From the NCBI GenBank assembly GCA_951406725.2, contig OX597827.1:19592001-19656000 (forward strand): 64,000 nt of DNA, written 5' to 3'. Each line of letters starts with the position of its first letter. Positions within the stretch are counted from its first letter, which is position 1. This stretch comes from Octopus vulgaris (lineage: Eukaryota). The position numbers were made by a program, and so were the translations under genes. Positions 54,657 to 64,000 of the stretch are shown piece after piece. The notes beneath the pieces are model-generated. The model made no database searches, was not told the DNA's origin, and saw only the letters and a program-made list of their open reading frames with translations.

Positions 54657-55054
54657 TTATAGAGGTTTTCCATTAATACAAAAGTTTTCAAATCAAGCGG
54701 CAACATTATAGAGAAGGTAAATATACAGACAAAGATGTAGATTTAAATTTTAAGAACATATGAGGTATATATGTATATATATATATGTGTATATGTATAT
54801 ATATATATATATGCATATGTATATATATATATGTATATATATGTATATATATGTATATATGTGTATATGCATATATATATGCATATATATATATATGTGT
54901 GTATATGTATATATATATATGCATATGTATATATATATGTATATATATATGTATATATATGTGTATATGTATATGTATATATATATGTATATATATGTGT
55001 ATATGTATATATGTATATATATATATGTATATGTATATATATATATGTTTATAT

Positions 55055-55104
<50 letters not shown>

Positions 55105-55201
55105 ATATGTATATATATATATATATGTATATATATGTGTATATGTATATATATGTATATATATGTGTATATGTATATATATATGTATATATATGTGTAT
55201 A

Positions 55202-55260
<59 letters not shown>

Positions 55261-55289
55261 ACATATATATATATATAGCTGGCCACTCT

Positions 55290-56278
55290 GGCCAGCTATG
55301 CAGACGATACGAAAGTCTCGCAGAAAATACAGAACCCCAGCGATGTTGCACACATGCAGCAGGAGTTGGACTCAATCTACAGATGGGCTGAGGATAATAA
55401 TATGCAGTTTAATGCTGAAAAATTCCAGGCCCTGCGCTACCAGCATCCAAAACTGAATATTAAACTTACAGGATACACCGGTCCACAGGGAATTTCAATC
55501 CCAGAGCCTAAGTCTGTGAGGGACCTGGGTATCGACATAAGTGATGATACCTCTTTCCAAGTGCACATTACCAGGATGGCGACAAAGTGCAGACGACTGA
55601 CTGGGTGGATCCTAAGAACACTCAGAACCAGAGATAAGGAAACCATGATGGTCCTCTGGCAGACATTCGTCCTCAGCCGCCTGGATTACTGCTCACAGCT
55701 ATGGTCACCCACCAGTGTAAAATTAACAACGGACCTTGAAGCAATCCAGAGAAGATTCACAAAGAAGATCATCTCTTTGCAACAGCTCAGCTAGTGGGAA
55801 AGGTTGAAACAGCTAAGACTCTACTCCCTGGAGAGAAGACGGGAGAGGTATGCAGTAATATACGTCTGGAATATCCTGGAAGGAATTGTGCCAAATTTTG
55901 GCATTGTAAGCTGAACCAATGCTAGAACACGACGACACTGCATAGTGCCAAAGATCCAGCAATGCCATCACGCTTCAGGACCAGCTTCTGCAACAGCCTG
56001 GGTTTCAAGAGCCCACAGCTTTTTAATATTCTCCCAAAGAGTCTGAGGAACTTGCACAAAGAAGATGTAGCGGTTTTTAAATCAAAGCTGGACATCTTCC
56101 TGTGAAGAGTCCCAGATGAACCTACCTCACGGCAAGAGTTGCAAATGAGAGTAGCTATATCAAACTCCATTCTTCACCAAGTGCCACATATTAGACGAGG
56201 TTCGTCGTAATAACAGTGTAGCACAAAACGGCGGTGCATCAGCATGGCCGAAGCTCTGAGTTGAAACTAGAAAAAAAA
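55290..56278 (+). mobile_element. CR1-group LINE, 5'-truncated
   Basis: YADDTK..WA..N.MQFN..K, RDLG, SRLDYCSQLWSP, LEAIQRRFTK, LYSLERRRERY; in-frame stops; 3' tail GGCGGTG..AGCATGGCC..TGAAAC. Confidence 0.92.
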
Positions 56279-56383
56279 TGTGTATATGTGTATATATATA
56301 TGTGTGTGTATATGTATATATATATATGTGTATATATATGTGTATATATATGTGTATATATATCATCTTGGATTACAAAGGTT

Positions 56384-56460
56384 TCCAGCTGATGATTCTG
56401 GCCTTAGCAGATAAATTTTATTCATTTGCCAAAAAAAAAAGATGAAACCGCGGTACAGGA
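56384..56460 (+). ncRNA. Type I hammerhead-like motif in a TA-flanked fragment
   Basis: UCCAG CUGAUGA ...AGAU GAA ACCGCGGU A CAGGA; palindromic stem III; stems I and II imperfect. Confidence 0.6.
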
Positions 56461-56907
56461 TTAGCTGAGTTGGTAAACGTTTTGATTTACATTCCATTTC
56501 ATGAATTTATCCCCATTTTGTGTATCTAGCACTTGCTTCTTTATTTAGAAGCCTTTTAATGTATTTATATATGAATAACATATAGTCTAATGACTAATTC
56601 GTCTTTTGTGCTAGGTCACTGGTAATAATAATAATTTATTTTTATTACCCTATTTACTATGTGTATATATATGTGTATATATATGTATATATGTATGTAT
56701 ATATGTATGTATTTATATATGTATGTATATATATGTATATATGTATGTATATATGTATCTATATATGTATGTATGTATGTATATATGTATCTATATATGT
56801 ATGTATATATATATATATGTATATATGTATGTATATATATATGTATATATATATGTATATATGTATGTATATATATATATATGTATATATGTATGTATAT
56901 ATATATG

Positions 56908-56943
<36 letters not shown>

Positions 56944-56949
56944 TGTATG

Positions 56950-56981
<32 letters not shown>

Positions 56982-57308
56982 TATATGTATGTATATACAT
57001 ATATACATATATGTATGTATATATGTATGTATATATGTAGTATATATGTATATATATATATGTATATATGTATATATATGTATATATGTATATATATATA
57101 TGTATATATGTATATATATGTATATATGTATATATATATATATGTATATGTATATGTATATATATATATGTATATATATGTATATGTATATGTATTTATA
57201 CTTCTGCCTTTACGGTACTTTATTTTCCTGGAAAGTAATATATTTGTATTGCAATATTTTAATTTTCATTGAAAATTTTTCACTGTTCTCGGTCTCTCTC
57301 TGTCTCTC

Positions 57309-57439
<131 letters not shown>

Positions 57440-57522
57440 GCCATGATAGCTCGTTAGCCACTATACACATTTTTTTCTCTCCTTGTTTCTCTCCTCTTTT
57501 TCTCTCGTTTTTTTCTGTGTCC

Positions 57523-57558
57523 CTTTCTGTAGAAGAGCGTAGGCTCGAAACGTAAAAG
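57523..57558 (+). ncRNA. Hammerhead-like motif (CUGUNGA family)
   Basis: CUUU CUGUAGA A GAGC GUAG GCUC GAAACGU A AAAG. Confidence 0.55.
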
Positions 57559-57645
57559 ACTTTTTCTATTCCTGAGCATTATTCTAATACATCTGTTTGT
57601 TTTTTACACCACCTGTTTTAGTCTTTTGTTTTTTTGTAAACTCCC

Positions 57646-57710
<65 letters not shown>

Positions 57711-57716
<6 letters not shown>

Positions 57717-59057
57717 ATAGTTATCGCCATACTAATATGGCATTCTTATAAAAATAAGAAAAAAGCTGTCCGCTTATTAGCTCCATGAGGCCATCGCCTT
57801 AAGTTAGCTATTTGATACACAAACTGTATCCATATAACCTTCGAACAAGGGAGGTCAGTCGCTCCACACTACTTGACCGGCAGCTACAGACGCGTTTCGG
57901 AGTATTGCCCCTTTTCAATGCAGCGTAGCCAGCCAGTAGGTGTCGCTTCCAACAATCTCTGTTCGATGGTTTTATTTACCTAGTTTCGGTGGAATACATC
58001 CACTTGTTTTCAATAATAGAAATATTAAAATAACTAAGTCTCTCTAAAAGAGAACAGCGGCAGCGTTCCCGGAAAATAATAGTTATCGCCATACTAATAT
58101 GGCATTCTTATAAAAATAAGAAAAAAGCTGTCCGCTTATTAGCTCCATGAGGCCATCGCCTTAAGTTAGCTATTTGATACACAAACTGTATCCATATAAC
58201 CTTCGAACAAGGGAGGTCAGTCGCTCCACACTACTTGACCGGCAGCTACAGACGCGTTTCGGAGTATTGCCCCTTTTCAATGCAGCGTAGCCAGCCAGTA
58301 GGTGTCGCTTCCAACAATCTCTGTTCGATGGTTTTATTTACCTAGTTTCGGTGGAATACATCCACTTGTTTTCAATAATAGAAATATTAAAATAACTAAG
58401 TCTCTCTAAAAGAGAACAGCGGCAGCGTTCCCGGAAAATAATAGTTATCGCCATACTAATATGGCATTCTTATAAAAATAAGAAAAAAGCTGTCCGCTTA
58501 TTAGCTCCATGAGGCCATCGCCTTAAGTTAGCTATTTGATACACAAACTGTATCCATATAACCTTCGAACAAGGGAGGTCAGTCGCTCCACACTACTTGA
58601 CCGGCAGCTACAGACGCGTTTCGGAGTATTGCCCCTTTTCAATGCAGCGTAGCCAGCCAGTAGGTGTCGCTTCCAACAATCTCTGTAGCTGCCGGTTACC
58701 TAGTTTCGGTGGAATACATCCACTTGTTTTCAATAATAGAAATATTAAAATAACTAAGTTCTCTAAAGTATCAACATAGCGTTCCCGGAAAATAATAGCG
58801 ATCGCCATACTAATATGGCATTCTTATAAAAATAAGAAAACAGCTGTTTTCTTATTAGCTCCATGAGGCCATCGCCTTAAGTTAGCTATTTGATACACAA
58901 ACTGTATCCATATAACCTTCGAACAAGGGAGGCAGTCGCTCCACTACTTGACCGGCAGCTACAGACGCGTTTCGGAGTATTGCCCCTTTTCAATGCAGCG
59001 TAGCCAACCAGTAGGTGTCGCTTCCAACAATCTCCAACAATGACTTAGTTATTTTAA

Positions 59058-59065
<8 letters not shown>
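57711..59065 (-). mobile_element. Retrozyme-like tandem array (362/362/354 bp plus partial unit), one HHR per unit
   Basis: Unit starts 57711, 58073, 58435, 58789; no recognisable coding ORF; (TA)n on both sides; short inverted end 59042-59065. Confidence 0.85.
57883..57924 (-). ncRNA. Type I hammerhead ribozyme, U3-A8 variant (also 58245-58286, 58607-58648, 58958-58999)
   Basis: GCUGCA UUGAAAA GGGG CAAUA CUCC GAA ACGCGU C UGUAGC. Confidence 0.8.
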
Positions 59066-59129
<64 letters not shown>

Positions 59130-59149
59130 TATGTACATGTACATACATC

Positions 59150-59476
59150 ACCAAGTCCACACACCTAGTACTAGAAGAAAATACCTTTAGATTCGACAAT
59201 AAAGCATATCGATAGGTAAAGGGCACAGCTATGTGTACGCGGTGTCCGCCATCATATGCAAACTTTCTTATGGGATATTTGGATGAAAAACTTTATGAGA
59301 AAGTAGAAAAAAACTTTCGATCAGGACTACAAGTAATAAAAAGTGGAAACGCTTTCTTGGTGATTGCTTCATCTTCTGGGACAAATCGAATGAAGATCTA
59401 AGTATATTTAACAATATATTGAACACACTTCACCCATCCATCAAATTCACGACAGAATCCAGTTGCAATGAATTAC
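59150..59476 (+). mobile_element. PLE RT core fragment
   Basis: [51 protein letters not shown]. Confidence 0.85.
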
Positions 59477-59509
59477 ATACTCATATATGTGTATGTATGT
59501 GTGTGTGTG

Positions 59510-59555
<46 letters not shown>

Positions 59556-59611
59556 GAGAGAGAGAGAGAGAGATATGTACACGTATGTATATATATATAT
59601 GTATGTCTATA

Positions 59612-59898
<287 letters not shown>

Positions 59899-60163
59899 AA
59901 TATTGAGAAAAAAGTCGTCAGAATTTTGGGAAAAAATCTTTTTATTTTTTAATTAGCGCTTTCATTCGTTTCTCGAATTTGTCAAACAAATTTTGTGAAT
60001 GTACAAACAGTTTGTTCGTCTATATAAAACATGTTTTTTTTTTGGGGGGGGGATTGTTTAGAAGAAGAGAACATTGTTTTTGTTTCTTTAGGTGAGGTTC
60101 CATTGACAACGGAGATGGATAGATAGAAATATAGGTAGGTAGAACGGCTGATAGATAGATAGA

Positions 60164-60209
<46 letters not shown>

Positions 60210-60604
60210 GGGGATCCCCTTTCCTATTCACCATTTATTTATTCATACACCATTTTATTGGAATGGGTTTAAAGATGGTTGCCTCTTCAAAAAAAAAAAA
60301 AGAAAGAAACTCAGGTGCGGTGTGGTCATCAGTGGAAGTCGTTTTGCTTCCTCTTTCCTTCTTTTATCCTCTTTCTTTCTTTTTCTCCTCTTTGAGTTAT
60401 ATTTAGAATATGAATATAGTTCTGCATGAAAACCATTTGTATAATATTTGCAAATTAAAACATTTTTAAAAATAAATAAATGTGTGTGTTTGAGAAAGTG
60501 TCTATATTTTTACTGTGTAACTTCGATCACGCCTCTTTCAATTTTATGTCTTTGCATTTGAGAACATTAGTATAACACTTACAAACTAGAAAAACACACA
60601 AAAC

Positions 60605-61655
60605 TCAGAACATCTCAATGCCACACATATATATCTGAATATTTACAGAGATGAGCATTATGTTTCCGATAGTTGAGTTATATTTATAATGCAACATGTA
60701 CTGTCTCCGCTTTTCTTCCAAACGTTCAATTTTGGAGAGAATTTTTGATGAAATGTAGTTCCATCGCTTTTCAGTATTGCGGATCGTCCCGTGCACATTT
60801 GTTAAAAAGGGAACAATTTTGAATTTTCCGTCGTTGCATATTTCTAGACGCTTACTTAATGGAATCTTGCGTAATTCCTCTTGTCGGATATGTTGTCTGT
60901 GGATTCTTGCACGTTGGCAGAGGGAGTTATTTGTTTCACCAATGTAATTTTCTTTGCAGTTTGGGCAGGTTATGCAGTATATGAGGTTTTGCATTTTGCA
61001 GTTCATACCTGCATATAGTTTGAAAAGGGATCCACTCTTGAATTTTATGTGGGAATCCCTTTCCAAGTATTTGAAGTTGTTGATGTTGTTGCATGTTCCA
61101 CATCTTCTATCTCCACATTCTTTTACTAAGAATTTTGATTCATTCTCTGGTTTAAATTCTGACCTTGTAAGGTGTTTTTTTAAGATATTTTGGTTGGCGT
61201 CTGCTATTCTGTAAGGTGTTTTTTTTTTCAATCAGAGTTTTCATATCGGGGCTTTGTAGGAGTAAAGGTAAGTTCGATTTTATGGTGTGAAAGATGTTGG
61301 TTATTCCAGGACAGTGTGTGTTAACGAACGGAATCGTGTTTTCATTAACTTTTTCCTTAGTTGTCCATAGTTGGGTGATGTTCAGTTTCATCGTCTTTTT
61401 AATTCCCTCATTAATTAATCCTAAGGGGTATTTCTACATTGTGAGGAAGACTTTCAGTTCGTTGAGTCGGATTTCACGTATTTTGGGGTCAGTCACTATA
61501 GCACAGATGAGTCTTGTCATGCTGTATGGGATGTTTCTTTCGATGTGTGATGGATGGCAAGAGTAGAAATTTAAATATTGGTGTGTATCAGTCTTTTGTA
61601 AAATTTGTCTGTTGTGACTGTGGAGTTCTGTATTTTTATGTGAATATCCAGAAAT
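60605..61655 (-). mobile_element. PLE RT thumb + GIY-YIG fragment (Neptune-type)
   Basis: FLDI..TD..YLNFYSCHPSH..NIPYS; CGDRRCGTC..NLIYCITCPNCKENYIGET..R..H. Confidence 0.88.
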
Positions 61656-61827
61656 TCACTGGATCACCTAGACAAAGGTCCACAATAAGTGGGTTAGAGT
61701 TTATAATAATACCTGTGATATTAGTTGGTACTAAAAGAAATAAATTTCCGGGTATTAATCAAGATACTTTATTATTTTCCGTTATTTTTTTGTTATCGAG
61801 TAGCTGAAATATATATATATATATATA

Positions 61828-62540
61828 TACGTAAATATAAGAGAGTGACCACTATGTGGTCGACTCTAGCACTAAAAAAAGAACCTCTACGGTTTCAGCC
61901 ACGAAGAATTGTTTCCGATGAAAGTTAGCAAAACTATTAGCGTAAACGAACAGGGCAAATAAAAAATAACAAAAATGCAGATAAATTGATGGTACTATTA
62001 AATTAGTATCCAATTTTCTCACCCTTATTAGTTGATTGTAATTATACTGCATTTAATTTTTGATGTAGTATCTGTTTCCGTGAATTTTGGCGGGCTTTGG
62101 CGGGGGCACTTGAATTATAACGGCGAATGCTATCGACTGAACCGCATGTGTGTTTATCGTTATGGTAAAATCTGGCATGCGGTTGAGTATATTGTATTCT
62201 GGACAAATTCAGCTGAGGAGCTACAGATATGTTATGTTAGTAAAATTACATAATTTATTAATAGCGAAACAATTGTCCTGAATTAATCTGCATTTTTGTT
62301 ATTTTTTATTTGCCCTGTTCGTTTACGCTAATAGTTGTGCTAACTTTCATCGGAAACAATTCTTCGTGGCTGAAACCGTAGAGGATCTATTTTTAGTGCT
62401 AGAGTTGACCACATAGTGGTCACTCTCTTATATTTACGTATAAAATTTATTGTATTCCTGGTTTTTATGCATTAAGCCACTTGGTGTTAAATTGATGGTA
62501 CTATTAAATTAGTATCCAATTTTCTCACCCTTATTAGTTG

Positions 62541-62546
<6 letters not shown>
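61828..62546. repeat. TA-flanked repeat with ~155-bp inverted arms and a 59-bp direct repeat
   Basis: 61828-61982 vs 62286-62440 inverted; 61982-62040 vs 62488-62546 direct. Confidence 0.85.
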
Positions 62547-62622
<76 letters not shown>

Positions 62623-62627
62623 TAATT

Positions 62628-63010
62628 TGTTTTTAGTTTCAGCTCAAAATGTGGCCGTGCTGGGGCATCGCGGTTTTGCTACACTGTTATTACTAAGAGC
62701 CTTCTCTAATATGTGAATAAGGGAGTTTGATGTCGCTACCTCATTTGCACCTCTGGGACTCTCAACCAGAAGAGGTCCAGTTTTGATTTGAAAACACCTA
62801 CATCCACTTTTTGTAGGACCCTGAGTATCTTTGGGAGAATATAAAAAAACTGGGGGCCCTTGAAACTCAGGCTGTTGCAGTAACAAGTCCTGAAGCACGA
62901 TGGCATTGCTGGGATCTTTGGTACTGTCCTGTGTCGACCCGTTCTGGCATTGGTGTAGCTTTCGATGCCAAAATTTAGCTCAATACCTTCCAGGATCTTC
63001 AGACATATAT
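62628..63010 (-). mobile_element. CR1-group LINE 3' end (same family as 55290-56278)
   Basis: KILEG..NFGI..GRH..VPKIP..CNSL.FKGPQ..FKSKLD; same 3' tail. Confidence 0.88.
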
Positions 63011-63092
63011 TACTCACACCTCTCCGCAAGCACATAAAAGTGAAACAAGTTGGGAAAAATAGTACTCCAATACCGGTGATAGAACAATATGC

Positions 63093-63225
63093 TTTATTAT
63101 TAAAGTTACAAAAATATCACAAAAAAACTGCTACTCAGTTTTCCATGTTCCCGCTCGTCCGACGAAGGGGAACGTGAAACACTGAGTAGCATTTTTTGTG
63201 ATGGTTTTGCAGCTTTAATAGTAAA
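63093..63225. repeat. Fold-back of a PLE terminal-repeat fragment (family of 33966-34081)
   Basis: Imperfect ~65-bp arms centred on CTCGTCCGACGA. Confidence 0.75.
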
Positions 63226-63271
63226 AGAAAATACGTATGTGTGTGTGTGTGTGTGTGTGTATATTTATGCA

Positions 63272-63320
<49 letters not shown>

Positions 63321-63425
63321 ATAATTAATCAATATAGGGTGGCAAAAAAATTTTGTAGAATTTTTTTGTCACCAGCGGCCTAGTGGGAAATAATTAAATA
63401 GTCATAGACCATTTATAAGTTCAAC

Positions 63426-63710
63426 ATCACAATCAAGGAACGGCCATAATAGGCCATTCACCCACTAGAAATAACAGCCAAAGCTTCAACCGCAAAATAA
63501 CATTAACTCCGTAAACTAACCTGATTAATTTAATCAGGTTAGTTTACCATTAAACAGTAGATGAAACGGTGCATCGTATAAGAAATTACAGGGTAAACGT
63601 TTTTTTTAATTTTCTCCTGGTTTGCGGAGTTAATGTTATTTTGCGGTTGAAGCTTTGGCTGTTATTTCTAGTGGGTGAATGGCCTATTATGGCCGTTCCT
63701 TGATTGTGAT
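63426..63710. repeat. 91-bp inverted repeat with a nested 37-bp palindrome
   Basis: 63426-63516 vs 63620-63710; GTAAACTAACCTGATTAA T TTAATCAGGTTAGTTTAC at 63511-63547. Confidence 0.9.
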
Positions 63711-63747
63711 ATATATTATTATATATATATATGTATATATATATATG

Positions 63748-63876
<129 letters not shown>

Positions 63877-63923
63877 GTATATATATATATATGTATATAT
63901 ATGTATATATATATGTATGTATA

Positions 63924-64000
<77 letters not shown>

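Larger units (their letters stand above)
49809..54766 (-). mobile_element. Near-full-length Penelope-like element (Naiad-like) with pLTRs
   Basis: 5' repeat 54441-54766 matches 50976-51302; diverged extra pLTR 49809-50480; bounded by TA-rich microsatellites. Confidence 0.92.

Noticed and set aside
62210-62380. Hammerhead using CTGAGGA (62213) and GAAACCGTA (62372)
   Set aside because: Stem I cannot be formed and spacing is implausible

Overview
AT-rich, microsatellite-saturated eukaryotic DNA, most likely a coleoid cephalopod (Octopus-like); this is inferred from the SINE families and repeat landscape. I found no supportable host protein-coding gene, and almost all long ORFs are microsatellite artefacts. 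The window is made of transposons. It holds about 11 near-full copies of a ~430-bp MITE (29-bp GG-starting TIRs, 8-bp TSDs, internal TTAGGG tract; Merlin-like), three tRNA-derived SINE families, two non-autonomous Helitrons, Tc1/mariner, piggyBac-like and hAT relics, 3' ends of RTE, CR1, L1/Tx1, R4-like and HERO LINEs, and many Penelope-like element (PLE) pieces, including a near-full-length RT + GIY-YIG copy (51781-54394, minus). The most striking signal is RNA-level: about 15 type I hammerhead ribozyme (HHR) motifs from several families. They include a 362-bp tandem array (57711-59065) in which every unit carries an HHR with a compensatory C3U/G8A core (a retrozyme-like candidate circular-RNA system), three long-stem-II HHRs in the PLE terminal repeats, and a family with a consistent CUGUNGA core. 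Also notable are an inversion splitting one PLE ORF, SINE multimers tied to GGTAT target sites, and TE-end fragments flanked by long duplications. Coordinates were counted by eye and may be off by a few bases.
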